Made by a program: the position numbers and the translations under genes. Shown here one piece after another: positions 48,255 to 61,479 of a stretch of 64,000 nt of DNA. How positions within the stretch are numbered: position 1 is the stretch's first letter; every line of letters starts with the position of its first letter. The notes beneath the pieces are model-generated. The model ran no database searches, was not told the DNA's origin, and saw only the letters and a list, made by a program, of their open reading frames with translations. The stretch comes from Octopus sinensis (lineage: Eukaryota): contig NC_043023.1 of the NCBI RefSeq assembly GCF_006345805.1, forward strand, positions 6,882,001 through 6,946,000, in the 5' to 3' direction.

Positions 48255-48552
48255 ACACACATACATACCTACATACATACACACATACATGCACACATAC
48301 ATGCATATATACATACATACATACATACATATATACACTCATACACACATACATATACATACATACATACACATATACATACATATACACACATACATAT
48401 ACACATACATACATACATACATACACACATTCATACACACATACACGCACACATACATGCACATATACATACATGCACATACATACATACACTCATACAC
48501 ACATACATGCACACATACATATACATATACACATACATACATACATACATAC

Positions 48553-48830
48553 AATACCAACAGACAGAGTTGACCATATTGAGACCAATGGATCAAAAGA
48601 CTACTGGTGGAATTTAGAAACTGAAATAGCCACCAAGTTAAAACACAACCGGTCAGATATCATTGGGTGGAACCACAAAGAAAAGCTGTGTCCTGTTGTG
48701 GAAATCAGCTGCCCTCTGGACATGAATGTGGTTAGAGAAGTACGAGAGAGAATGAGGACCTCTGTGGACCATTGATTAGGAGTTTGCTAATCCAGTACCC
48801 AAGATACACTTTCAGTTTCATATCTATTAT
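48553..48830 (+). mobile_element. RLE-domain fragment of the same LINE type
   Basis: YWWNLETEIATKLKHNRSDIIGWNHKEKLCPVVEISCPLDMNV..YPRYTFSFISI resembles the HNRPDI...DIAVP restriction-like endonuclease motif. Confidence 0.7.
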
Positions 48831-49029
48831 TCTTTACTACTTTAAGCACAAAGTCCAAAATTTTTGGGGGAGGGGGCCATTCGATTAGATTGACCCCAGT
48901 ATGCAACTGGTACTTAGTTTATCGACCCTGAAAGGATGAAAGGCAAAGTTGATCTCGGCAGATTTGAACTCAGGACATAAAGACAGATGAAATACTGCTA
49001 AGCATTTCACCTGGTTTGCTAATGTTTCA

Positions 49030-51485
49030 TAAGAGCGGTGAAGGAGAACTACAACGGTGGTGTGCAGATTGGTGGAGAAAGGCTGCGCAATCTGAGATAC
49101 GCTGATGATAGAACCCTCATAAGTAAAAGCAAGGACGAACTGCTGCAGATGATACGCAAAGTGAAAGACATGAGTGCACAAAGTGACCGATTCCTGAATG
49201 TAAAGAAGACAAAGATCTTGGTGGTGGATAAGGCGGCGAGCTGGCAGAAACGTTAGCACGCCGGGTGAAATGTGTAGCCGTATTTCGTCTGCTGTTACGT
49301 TCTGAGTTCAAATTCCACCGAGGTCGACTTTGCCTTTCATTCTTTCGGGGTCGATAAATTAAATACCAGTTACGCACTGGGGCCGATATAAACGACTCAA
49401 TCCCTTCGTCTGTCCTTGTTTGTCCCCTCTGTGTTTAGCCCCTTCTGGGCAGTAAAGAAATATATATGGGAAAGTATGGAAGAACATCATCACCACAATC
49501 GGTTGCACCCACAGCAGCACATTTAAACTCCGACGTCTGGCAGCTGACTTCGCAGACTCCCATAAAATTATTATTTAAAGTTATTTTACCAAATTCTTCA
49601 TTATTTTCAAAATAATTGAAACAAATGCAGTGTGTTTCAACAGAAATATGGTAACAAAAGGGTTAAAGTGATCCAAGTTAAAACTTTCCATCAAAATAAA
49701 GACAAAGTTAATACAGTTCTATATTTAAGAGATGAGGAATTATGTACATTATTTACATAAGGCGCAGGAGTGGCTGTGTGGTAAGTAGCTTGTTTACCAA
49801 CCACATGGTTCCGGGTTCAGTCCCTTCGTTTGTCTGTTCTTGCTTGTCCTCTCTGTGTTTAGCCCCTTGTGGGTAGCAAAGAAATAGATAAGTACAAGAC
49901 AGACCAAGCTGACTTCACTTTGGACGGAGAGATGATCCAGGAAGTGGATGATTTTGTGTACTTGGGATCCATAATCAGCACCAGTGGATCAAGTACACCA
50001 GAGATATGGAGAAGGCTTGCAACTACGAGGCAAGTGGTACAAGATATGGAGAACATCTAGGAGAGTCGTGGCGTGTCAGTGCTGCTGAAGATAAGGCTAC
50101 TTCGGGCTGCCGCTTTCTCTATTGTGACATATGGCTGCGAGTCGTGGACAATGTTGAAAGCAGATGAGAAAAGAGTGAATGCTTTTGAAATGTGGTGTTA
50201 CCGCAGAATCCTTTGAGCGTCGTGGATGGAGAGAAGGATGAACAACTGGGCAGTGGAGGCATATGGCCTAGTAGTTAGAGCAACGGTCTCGCAGTCGAGG
50301 GATCGTGGGTTCGAATCTCAGACTGGGCGATGTGTGTGTTTATGAGCGAAACACCTAAGCTCCACGCGGCTCCAGCAGAAGGTAATGGCGAACTTCTGCT
50401 GACTCTTTCATCGCAACTTTTTCTCACTCTTTCCTCCTGCATCTTGCAGCTCACCTGCGATGGACTGGCGTCCCATCCAGGTGGGGGAACGTATACACCA
50501 AGGAAACTAGGAAACTGGTCCTTATGAACCAGGCATCGCTCAAGAAGGAACAAACAATATATGTGTGTGTGTGTGTGAGGCACATGGCTTAGTGGTTAGA
50601 GCAGTGGACTCGCAGTCGAGGGATGGCAGGTTTGAATCTCAGACCGGACAATGTGTGTGTTTTTGAGTGAAACATCTAAGCCCCACTCGGCTCCGGCAGA
50701 AGGTAATGGTGAACTTCTGCTGACACTTTCTCTCACTCTTTCCTCCTGCATGATGCAGCTCACCTGCGACGGATCGGCGTCCCGTCCAGGTGGGGGAACC
50801 TATACGCCAAGGAAACCGGGAAACCGGCCCTTATGAGCCAGGCATGGCTCGAGAAGAACAAACAACAACTGGGTACTAGAAAAGCTCAGTTGCGAGATGA
50901 CGCTTCGGGCCAGCCTCATCTGGCACCTGTGTCGGTGGCACATAAAAAACACCATCCGAGCGTGGCCGTCTGGCACTTGTGTCGGTGGCACATAAAAAAC
51001 ACCATCCGAGCGTGGCCGTCTGCCAGCCTCGTCTGGCACCTGTGTTGGTGGCACATAAAATCACCCACTACACTCTCGGAGTGGTTGGCGTTAGGAAGGG
51101 CATCCAGCTGTAGAAACACTGCCAGATAAGACCAGAGCCTGGTGCAGCCTTCTGGCTTCCCAGATCCCAGTTGAACCGTCCAACCCATGGAAAGCGGACG
51201 TTAAATGATGATGATGATGATGATGATGGAACATCACGAAGCGGAAGCTATGGTTCTTTGGCCACGTCATGCGCTGGGATGGACTTGAGCGAACGATCAT
51301 AACTGGCAAGGTGAACGGCAGACGTAAAAGAGGCAGACCACCCCCACTTCTTGGCTGAAGGACATCGCAGCCCAGGATTGTCTTTATTCTCGGCTGTCCA
51401 TGGGGTAGAGGACAGGAGAAGGTGGCAGGACATCATGATGACCACAACATCGCATAGTGTGACACCTGACTAGGATGATGATGAT
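49030..51485 (+). mobile_element. 5'-truncated RTE-clade LINE interrupted by nested SINEs
   Basis: GVQIGGERLRNLRYADD (49038-49230), EVDDFVYLGSII..YGCESWT..FEMWCYRRIL (49890-50250), FFGHVMR..GKVNGRRKRGRP (51230-51345), (GAT)n tail; S2, S3 and RTE-UTR insertions lie between. Confidence 0.85.
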
Positions 51486-51619
51486 GCTAACATTTCTGCC
51501 AGCTCGCTGCCTTCTTCCCATCTATTATTATTGAAGCAACATGATACATACCGACCCGTCTGGAGCAAAATATGGCTCAACTTGGGATCTTGGCCAAAGA
51601 ATACAAGTCTTTAATTCAT

Positions 51620-51838
51620 ATACTCTTTTACTCTTTTACTTGTTTCAGTCATTTGACTGCGGCCATGCTGGAGCACTGCCTTTAGTCGAGCAAATCGACC
51701 CCGGGACTTATTCTTTGTAAGCCCAGTACTTATTCTATCGGTCTCTTTTTGCTGAACCGCTAAGTGACGGGGACGTAAACATACCAGCATCGGTTGTCAA
51801 GCAATGCTAGAGGGACAAACACAGACACACGAACGTAT

Positions 51839-51881
<43 letters not shown>

Positions 51882-52041
51882 TACGACAGGCTTCTTTCAG
51901 TTTCCGTCTACCAAATCCACTCACAAGGCTTTGGTTGGCCCAAGGCTATAGTAGAAGACACTTGCCCAAGATGCCACGCAGTGGGACTGAACCCGGAACC
52001 ATGTGGCTGGTTAGCAAGCTACTTACCACACAGCCATTCCT
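51620..52041 (-). mobile_element. S1 SINE
   Basis: Full-length reverse copy. Confidence 0.85.
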
Positions 52042-52488
52042 ACAAATGATACTGCAAATTATCATGATATCTGGGGCTTTAAAAGTCTGCAAAACTTCTT
52101 TTTATCTTCTATCTTTTACTTGTTTCAGTCATTAGACTGCGGCCATGCTGGGGCACCGCCTTTAAGAATTTTTAGTCAAATGAATCGACCTCAGTACTAG
52201 GTTTTTCTTTTTAGGTTTGGTACTTATTCTATCAGTCGTCTCTTGCCAAACTACTAAGTCACAGGGACATAAACACACCACCACCGGTTAGCAAGTGGTG
52301 GTGAGGGACAAACACATGCACAAAGCCACACACACATATTATCCAAAATGTATAGTATTATATATCCATCACAGCTGATCTTACCAGTCGGTTTCACACA
52401 AAGAATACAATGGAGTGTCAGGTAACAATCCGATTATGTAACCTTACACTCATCAAAGTTAACTAATATGGAAAGGAATATGGTGACT

Positions 52489-52544
<56 letters not shown>

Positions 52545-52620
52545 CATATGACAGGCTTTTTTCAGTTTCCATTGACCAAATCCACTCACAAGGCTTTGGT
52601 TGGCAGAAGCTATAGTAGAA

Positions 52621-52852
52621 AGGTGGTGAGATGGCAGAAACATTAGCACGCTGGACGAAATGCCTAGCATTATTCCATCTGCCGTTAGGTTCTGATTTCA
52701 AATTCCGCCGAGGTCAACTTTGCCTTTCATCCATTTGGGGTCGATAAATTAAGTAACAGTTACGCACTGCGGTTGATGTAATCGACTTAATCCCTTTGTC
52801 TGTCCTTGTTTGTCCCCTCTATGTTTAGCCCCTTGTAGGCAATAAAGAAATT
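52621..52852 (+). mobile_element. S2 SINE inserted into an S1 SINE
   Basis: TSD agaagctatagtagaa on both sides. Confidence 0.8.
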
Positions 52853-53061
52853 AGAAGCTATAGTAGAAGACACTTACCCAAGGTGCCACGCAGTGGGACT
52901 GAACATGGAACCATGTGGTTAAGAAGCAAACATCTAACCACACTTACATCTTAGATTTAAAGGATGATGGTTGAAACTAGATACTTTCCTTTGTAACCTT
53001 GCTACCAAGTAGATGGCCAGTTCAAATTTACTCTAAACTTAAAAAGAGAACATACATATAT

Positions 53062-53462
53062 AGGTGTAGGAGTGGCTGTGTGGTAAGTAGCTTGCTAACC
53101 AACCACATGGTTCCGGGTTCAGTCCCACTGCGTGGCATCTTGTGCAAGTGTCTTCTGCTATAGCCTCAGGCCGACCAAAGCCTTGCGAGTGGATTTGGTT
53201 GATGGAAACTGAAAGAAGCCCGTCGTACGTATATATATATATATATTTGTGTGTATATGTTTGTATGTTTGTCCACCCAACATCGCTTGACAACCGATGC
53301 TGGTGTGTTTACATCCCTGTCACTTAGTGGTTCGGCAAAAGGAGACCGATAGAATAAGTACTGGGCTTACAAAGAGTAAGTCTGGGGTCGATTTGCTTGG
53401 CTAAAGGCAGTGCTCCAGCATGGCCACAGTCTCATGACTGAAATAGGTAAAAGAGTAAAGAG
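53062..53462 (+). mobile_element. S1 SINE
   Basis: Full-length copy. Confidence 0.85.
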
Positions 53463-53684
53463 TATACATAGCATGTCTAGATATGCAACTATATGCATGA
53501 GAATACATACATGAAGCAAAACATACAAATCTGCACACATACATACATACATACATGCATACATACATGCATACATACATACATACATACATACGTATGT
53601 ACATACATACAAACAAAAATACCCTGTTGTTGATGTTGAAATTCCAATGAAGGAGACTTGTATCTAGGTTAGAAACCAGCTCAG

Positions 53685-54581
53685 ATCTTTACTTTTTGAC
53701 CTACAGATTTAAGAAATAATTTTTTGTAACTACCGTAAATCCTTGAGTATAATCCGAATTTTTTCCCAAAATTTAAAGGTCAAAATCCCTAGTGCGTTCT
53801 ATATACAAGGTTAAAAATGAAAATCATTTTCTAAGCAATGTCCTAGTCTCTATTTGCTGTCCAGCAATGTTTATTCAGACGCATTTTGTGATGTCGGGTG
53901 TGAAAATACCTTAAGCTAAGCCTGAAAGCAATGAAGTCATAAAAGAATCATCCATAACTTGCAGTAAGCAACATTTATTAAACGTTATTACTGTTATTTC
54001 TTTATTTTCTGCAAACAAAATGTACAAAAAAGCTACACGTTTGCATTATGTTATATATACAATAATAATAAAGGACGTTACCGTATACAGTTTTACAAAC
54101 CAAGGACGGTATATAGACCTCCTTGACTCAAGTTAGAGAAGGGGTTCGTATTATACACAAGGTTTAGGTTTTTCAGAGGTACAGCCCCCTAAAAATCCCC
54201 TGCGTATTATACCCAAGGGCGGACTATACTCGAGGATTTACGGTAAACGCTTAGGTTTAGGGTGTTAAGGTTAGGGTTTTAGGGTTAGGGTTATCATAAA
54301 TAACAGTGACAAACGAAATATACACTGCCAGAAGTTGTTGTTGACAAACAACAACAGTAATTTTATTCATTGATTGGTTGAAATTACCGAAATACGACAA
54401 CTTTAACGTGAAATAACTTTGTAAATATAACTTTGTAAATAACTTTGTAAATATAAGTTTTTCTCAAAAATGCAAAGAGTAAAAGATGTTTTATATGACA
54501 CATTCTACCAGTGTCCGAAGTTTGAAAGTGTTTAGTTACAAAAAATTATTTTAAAAATCTGTAGGTCAAAAGGTAAAGATC
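53685..54581. mobile_element. GATC-TIR foldback MITE containing the Tigger-like MITE 53733-54243
   Basis: agatctttactttttgacctacagatt ... aatctgtaggtcaaaaggtaaagatcc; imperfect TSD accagctc/accgctc; central (TTAGGG)-like motifs. Confidence 0.75.
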
Positions 54582-54652
54582 CACCGCTCTTTCTCTATTG
54601 GCAAGAAATCTTGAAATAAAGCTGAAAATTACATACATACATACATACATAC

Positions 54653-55264
54653 GGTACTATTTAAGAACAATGGTCCCAGCGCGTGCATCCGCGCTAGCTA
54701 GACATGACTAGTCGATCCTTTGTGTTTTTGTCTTATTTACTCTTTACTCTCTTTTACTTGTTTCAGTCATTTGACTGTGACTATGCTGGAGCACCGCCTT
54801 TAGTCGAGCAAATCGACCCCGGGACTTATTCTTTTGCAAGCCCAGCACTTATTCTATCGGTCTCTTTTGCCGAACCGCTAAGTAACAGGGACATAAACAC
54901 ACCAGCATCGGTTGTCAAGCAATGCTAGGGTGACAAACACAGACACACAAACACACACACGCATATATATATATATATATATATATATACACGAAGGGCT
55001 TCTTTCAGTTTCCGTCTACCAAATCCCAAGGCTATAGTAGAAAACACTTGCCCAAGGTGCCACGCAGTGGGACTGAACCCGGAACCATGTGGTTGATAAA
55101 CAAGCTACTTACCACACAGCCACTCCTGTGTAAAAAAAATATTTATTTTGTGTTTTATTTACTTTGCTAGGTAGTCGTTGCAGGATCGACTAGTCACGAC
55201 TAGCTAGTGCAGGCACTCAAGTACGCGAGTGCGCGCACCGGGACCACTCTTCTTAAAGAGTACC
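54653..55264. mobile_element. Mutator-like MITE split by an S1 SINE (54735-55128)
   Basis: Same TIR as 39187-39429; flanks catacatac / catacattg. Confidence 0.75.
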
Positions 55265-55407
55265 CATACATTGATATGGAGGGACGGACGGAGTACCATT
55301 TCATGGCAGGTCACATTGAGCAGTTGCTCGGGGTCCCACAAAGATCTAGATGGCTAATACTCTGGATTGCTGTCAAAAAAAAATCTTTAGGGCCCAATGC
55401 ATCGTAT

Positions 55408-56035
55408 GGATCTTTTCGGTTTGACCGGCAGTTTTTTCTAGCGGTGTCATATGAAATTGTCACCCATAATTATGACCCTATTATCGATCTATTGCATTCA
55501 ATCTGTTTTAGGGTTAGGGGTGGAGGGAAGGGTATCTTTTTTTCTTCAGAAATATAAATAAACCCAATCTGTTTCTTAAACGAGTGACATATTCATACGG
55601 CACAGAATATTTTTTTTTACCTCAATAGACGTCATTGATTGGTTGAAATTGCAGAAATTGAAGAAAAAGAATAACAAATATCTTACAAACTATAGAATTC
55701 TCTCAATAAAGCCAAGAGAAAAAGATGTTTTATAAACACATTCTACCAGTATACGAAGTTTAAAAGTGTTTAGTTACGTGGAAATTATTTTAAAAAACTG
55801 CCGGTCAAACCGAAAAGATCCATGGTTTTTACCTCAATAGACGTAAGTGATTGGTTGAAATTGCAGAAATTGAAGAAAAAATGCCCAACAAATATTTTAC
55901 AAACCATAGAATTTTCTCAATAAAGCTAAGAGAAAAAGATGTTTTATAAACACATTCTACCAGTATACGAAGTTTAAAAGTGTTTAGTTGCGTGGAAATC
56001 ATTTTAAAAAACTGCCGGTCAAACCGAAAAGATCC
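55408..56035. mobile_element. GGATC foldback MITE with a duplicated right arm
   Basis: TIR ggatcttttcggtttgaccggcag; right TIR at both 55821 and 56035; flanks catcgtat / catcggtt. Confidence 0.8.
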
Positions 56036-56519
56036 CATCGGTTACCCTTGGACGTATAATACCCCAGGGACGACACTGTACACGCACACGTACATACGCA
56101 CGACATATATACATACATACATAAGTACGTACTTTTATACAGGTACACTCTCGTATATATTTATATATTTGTGTTTTCTCTTTTTTTATCTGTTGTCTTT
56201 GGATCACAGGAAATGACTAGACATTTGTCGAAGTGTGTGTGTATATCTGTATACTAAATTAGAATATATATGTATCTATATATACGCTTAATAACTATAT
56301 ACACACGCATATATGTATATATGTGTGTATCTTCTGGTTGTCAATGAATTTATGGCTGGACTTATAAGCAATTAGACGTACGTCGGTGTGTGACATTGAT
56401 TATCTATGCTTGGTAACGTATACACATAAGTATATAAATAGGTAGATAAATAATATATATACTTCTGTGTGACTATATATATATCTAATCTGTCTATCTA
56501 TGTCTGTTTATGTATGTAT

Positions 56520-56575
56520 ATATGTATCTGTCTGTCTGTCTATCTATCTATCCATCCATCGATTCATCTATGTAG

Positions 56576-56640
<65 letters not shown>

Positions 56641-56646
56641 CACCCG

Positions 56647-56723
<77 letters not shown>

Positions 56724-56736
56724 CATCCATCCATTG

Positions 56737-56809
<73 letters not shown>

Positions 56810-56862
56810 CTATCTCTGTCTCTGTCTGTCTCTCTCTCTGTCTCTGTCTCTCTGTCTCTCTC
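56520..56862. repeat. (TATC)n then (TCTG/TC)n microsatellite
   Basis: Source of the IYLS ORFs. Confidence 0.95.
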
Positions 56863-56863
56863 T

Positions 56864-57368
56864 TTCATCAACTTCTTCAAGTATCACTTGAAGAGGAAAG
56901 TGAGAGTAGAGAGGCAAGTTTTGTCTAGTGAATGTTTAAAAAAAAGATGGGTGAATGTAGCAAGGATGGCACGTATGAATGACGAAGCCACCTTGACTAT
57001 GATCCTATGAACCGTAAAAATTAATACAGAGAGTTGCTTATTTGTAAAAAAAATATAACATGTGACTTCATTGACCGAAGTTACAATGGGCTTTTCCGTT
57101 GGCTTTTCTTTCCATGGGTAAACCTCACCTGTCCTCCCCTTTACACTTTATATTGACATTTCTGTGATAGCGATCCCTATTGATCGATTTTTTTTCTTTT
57201 TCCTTTTATTTTTTATCCCCCCTCTTTTTTTTTTGCTTTCCTTTTTCTTTCCTTTTACAATCCCTTTTGATCGAAAACCAAACCCCCTTTTTTTATCCCC
57301 AAAAAGAAAAGCTCTACCTTGTAATTTGTCCCGTCTGTGTGCAGCCCTGTGTGGCTAATAAAGAAACA
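56864..57368 (+). mobile_element. 5'-truncated copy of a second Tx1-like LINE family (E4)
   Basis: FINFFKYHLKRKVRVERQVLSSECLKKRWVNVARM..* (stop 57008-57010) is homologous to the E1 C-terminus LMNYFIFHLKRKIGLERICLTRRVYEERWKDVARK; tail ttgtcccgtctgtgtgcagccctgtgtggctaataaagaaa. A reverse UTR copy lies at ~62632-62815. Confidence 0.8.
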
Positions 57369-57420
<52 letters not shown>

Positions 57421-57424
57421 ATAT

Positions 57425-57690
57425 ATAAGGAGCACTCCGTCGTTTACAATGACGAGGGTCCCTGCTGATATGATCAACGGAACAGCTTGCTCGTGAAATT
57501 AGCAATCCACAGGCACGTGTACCCTTAACGTAGTTCTCACAGAGTGTGACAAGGCCGGCCCTTTGAAATACAGGTACTACTCAATTTTGCCAGCTGAGTG
57601 GACTGGAGCAACGTGAAATAGAGCGTCTTGCTCTAGGGCACAGCGCGCTGAATTGTGAGCTGAATGCCATAACCACTAAGCCAAGCACCT
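57425..57690 (-). mobile_element. Further tRNA-derived SINE family (CORE/Meta-like central domain)
   Basis: Minus strand: gcttggcttagtggtt..gtgccctagagcaagac..tttcacgttgctccagtccactcagctggcaaaa. Confidence 0.6.
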
Positions 57691-58530
57691 TCACTATATA
57701 GATATATAAAAAACATATATATATAAAATATATCAATATATCAATATATATATATATATAGATAAAATATATCAATCTGGGAAGCGAGGAGGCTGCACCA
57801 CTCTCCAATCTGAACTGGCTGTGTTTCTACAGCTGGATGCCCTTCCTAACACCAACCGAGAGTGGTTGGCGTTAGGAATTTATCCCTAATTAGTGGTTTG
57901 GACTTTAGCTGTTCCTTCTAGCATAAAGTAGTCCTATGATGGATACCTCTAAATGTGTTTAAATTTACACTGTATCTTATATGAATAATATATAGTCTAT
58001 TAACTAATTTTTCTATACACTATATATATATATATATATATATACATACATTCACGTGCAGTTGTGAAACCTGTACCAGTGGCACGTAAAAAGCACCATC
58101 CGAATGTGGCCGATGCCAGCGCCGCCTAGACTGGCTTCCGGTGGCACGTAAAAAGCACCATCCGATCGTGGCCGTTGCCAGCCTAACCTGGCACGTAAAA
58201 AGCACCCACTACACTCTCGGAGTGGTTGGTGTTAGGAAGGGTATCCAGCTGTAGAAACATTGCCAGATCAGACTGGGCCTGGTGCAGCATTCTGGCTTCC
58301 CAGACCCTGGTCGAACCATCCAACCCGTGCTAGCGCAGAAAACGGACGTTAAACAATGATGATACATATATACACACATATATATATATTATTGTGTTTT
58401 GAACATTTGGTATCTCAGGACTAATACTGCTGTAACTGTCCTATTGCGACAGTTTGTATACATTGTGTATGATGCACAGATGGCTATTTAATACATACTC
58501 ATTTTGTTCTGTCTCTTTCTCTCTCTGTAG

Positions 58531-58674
58531 GAATTCCCATGTCACAGCAACACCTCATCTGGAGATCAACCGAGCTGGAGGACGACTTCAGTTTGGCTGA
58601 CTACAAGGTCCACAATGGAGCCACACTCCGGCTGGTTTTGGCAATGAGGGGTGGACCCATCAACACCCGCAGAA
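58531..58674 (+). CDS. ZFAND4: ZFAND4-like coding exon 2
   Basis: ctgtag|GA: (G)IPMSQQHLIWRSTELEDDFSLADYKVHNGATLRLVLAMRGGPINTRR; donor A|GTAAGT; phases consistent with both neighbours. Confidence 0.93.
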
Positions 58675-59524
58675 GTAAGTGGACTCTTCCTGATATTCAT
58701 CATTATCATCATCATCGTTTAACGTCTGTTTTCCATGTTAGCATGGGTTGGACGGTTTGACCGGGGTCTGGGAAGCCAGAAGGCTGTGCCAGGCCCAGTC
58801 TGATCTGGCAGTGTTTCTACAGCTGGATGCCCTTCCTAATACCTATATATATATATATTTATATGCACACACACATATATACATTATGATCATTTAATGT
58901 CTGTTTTCCATGCTAGTATGGGTTGGATGGCTGCACAGGGACTGGCAAGGCCAGTAGCTGTACCAGGTTCCAGAACCTGTTTTGGATTGGTTTCTATAGC
59001 TGGATGCCCTTCCTAATGCCAACCCCTCCGTGAGTGTAGTGGGTGCTTTTTACGTGCCACCTGCACAGATGCCAGACGAGGCTGGCAAACGGCCACGATC
59101 GGATGGTGCATTTTACGTGCCACCGGCACAGGTGCCAGACGAGGTTGGCAAACGGCCACGATTGGATGGTGCTATTTACGTGCCACTAGCACAGAGGCCA
59201 GTCGGGGCGGCGCTGGCAACGGCCACATTCGGATGGCTCTCTTACGTGCCATCAGCACTTATTATTATTATTATTATTGAATGAGAGGGCAGTGCATGCC
59301 ATCAAAGTGACACTGTTTGTGTGCCTGTGTTTGTCCCCCCATCATCGCTTGACAACTGATGTTGGTGTGTTTACGTCCCCTTCCCCCGTAACTTAGCAGT
59401 TTGGCAAAAGGTTCTGATAAAATTAGTACAAGGCTTACAAAGAATAAGTCCTGGGGTCAATTTATTCGGGTAGAGGTGGTGCTCCAGCATGGCTGCAGTC
59501 TAATGACTGAAACAAGTAAAAGAG

Positions 59525-59556
<32 letters not shown>

Positions 59557-60028
59557 TATAACTGTGCCTTTACTGTGATCTCCCTTTTAGTAGAAGAAAT
59601 AGCTATAATCTCTTTGACTGCTATTTCTAAATTCGGTGTGTGGTAAGGCAATTCGTTGCTAAACCCTTAATTGCTTATATATATATATATATATATATTT
59701 CGAAATAGAAAATTACCCTTTAACAGGTAATTTTACATGCTAGAAATAGTAGCCAAAAACCACAATTTAATAGCAAATTTTGAAGTAGATGAAAAATAAA
59801 AACCTTTACCTTGTTATTTAACGGTTATACCATGGTTTTGAATTTCTTTAGCAAATAATATTACTTGCCATCCTTTAATAGATAATTTAGCAAGACCATA
59901 TTATCCACCAGGCGAATTCTCATCAGTAACCGGCCTAAACGACTAACTTATAATTCAGAGACAAGATAACACGTGTCCCATCATTATTATATGGTATAAT
60001 TTTTCAAATATATATATATATATATATA

Positions 60029-60400
60029 CTAGCAGTATCACCCGGCATTGCTCAGGTTTGTAAGGGAAATAACTATAAAGCATTTTTAGTGAGTTATAGC
60101 CAAAAAATAGCAAAAAAATGATGGTAAATTTTTTTTTAGTTAAAAAAGGTGGAGTTGCGTCCCCTAGACAGTTTGCGGTTTGTGTTTCTGATTCTCGACC
60201 CCATGTCGAATATATCGATATTTTTCAGAACTGGGGGAACTTTTCAAAATTTTCGCTGCGTTAGTTTTGAATTATGACATTGGGCTATGTGTGTGTCAAG
60301 TTTCATCAGAATCGGTTGAAAGCCGTGGTCAGGGTGAGGGTACGACCAGACAGACACACAGAAACACGCACAGACAAACTGCCGTTTATATAGAGAGAGA
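60029..60400 (-). mobile_element. Non-autonomous Helitron-like element
   Basis: CTAG plus hairpin end shared with 9302 and 29922; different 5' part. Confidence 0.7.
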
Positions 60401-60672
60401 TATACAATGGGCTTCTTTCAGTTTCTGCCTACTAGGTCCACTCATTATGCTTTGGTCGACCCAAAGTTATAGTTGAAGACACTTAACCAAGATGCAACTG
60501 AACTCAGAACCATGTGGTTGGGAAGCCAAAAGAAGTGGTGGGCAGAGTTTAAAGTGATCTAAATTACAATCTTCCATTAGAATTTTGAGTTAAAGCCACA
60601 AACCAATGGAAAATACCAAAATTATTTCACTAAATGCTTTGTTAGTTTCAGAATTAATTAAAACAAGACTAT

Positions 60673-61112
60673 AGGCGTATGTGTGGCTGTGTGGTAAGTA
60701 GCTTGCTTGCTTATGAACCACATGGTTCCAGGTTCGGTCCCACTGCGTGGCACCTTGGGCAAGTGTCTTCTACTATAGCTTCTGGCCGACCAAAGCCTTG
60801 TGAGTGGATTTGGTAGACGGAAACTGAAAGAAGCCCGTCATATATATGTATATATATGTATGTGTGTGTATGTGTGTGTGTACGTGTGTGTGTTTGTGTG
60901 TCTGTGTTTGTCCCCCCAACATCGCTTGACAACCAATGCTGGTGTGTTTTCGTCCCCATAACTTAGCGGTTCGGCAAAAGAGACCGGTAGAATAAGTACT
61001 AGGCTGACAAAGAATAAGTCCTGGGGTCGATTTGCTCGACTAAAATGGTGGTGCTCCAGCATGGCCACAGTCAAATGACTGAAACAAGTAAAAGAGTAAA
61101 AGAGTAAAGAGA
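60673..61112 (+). mobile_element. S1 SINE
   Basis: Full-length copy. Confidence 0.85.
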
Positions 61113-61301
61113 GTATATACTTCAAGAAAGTAGGGTATAATTAGAAGTAATTTAGTTGCTATTTCTAGCACAGCCAAGACCTCCTACAGATTTCTTAGTG
61201 GTGTTATTATGGTTGATGTCATTGAGTTTCCTAACATTTTTAAATTGTCCCTTTTTTTTCTTTCTCTTTCTCTTCTGCACCACCCCTGTTCCTCCTACCA
61301 G

Positions 61302-61479
61302 TACCCATTGAAGACCCCGCAATTAAGGAGATGGCTGAATACATGGACTCTAACAAGGATGAATTTGGGACCAATCGACAGCTGACCCTTCTGGTTTTCC
61401 GAGAAGGGGACCAACTGAATTTCTTCCGAGTCATGGACAGAGGTGACGGGACCCTAACACCACTTTCGGAATCTCTCAG
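61302..61479 (+). CDS. ZFAND4: ZFAND4-like coding exon 3
   Basis: taccag|TA: (I)PIEDPAIKEMAEYMDSNKDEFGTNRQLTLLVFREGDQLNFFRVMDRGDGTLTPLSESL; matches vertebrate MAEY..EGDQLNFF..DRGDGTLTPLS (recalled); donor AG|GTTCGT, phase 2. Confidence 0.93.

Noticed and set aside
47066-48617. MYVCMYVC / HTYIHT ORFs of 100-250 aa (also at 12.9-14.2, 44.1-45.3, 46.0-46.5 and 56.5-56.9 kb)
   Set aside because: Translations of (ACAT)n, (TA)n, (TC)n and (TATC)n microsatellites.
54250-54295. Interstitial telomere or chromosome fusion site
   Set aside because: Only a few degenerate TTAGGG units, located in the core of a MITE family that carries them in every copy.
45529-58674. Polyubiquitin or ubiquitin-ribosomal fusion gene
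   Set aside because: The UBL is divergent (MELYIETL..LAMRGG) and continues into ZFAND4-specific motifs (GPINTRR, DRGDGTLTPLS).
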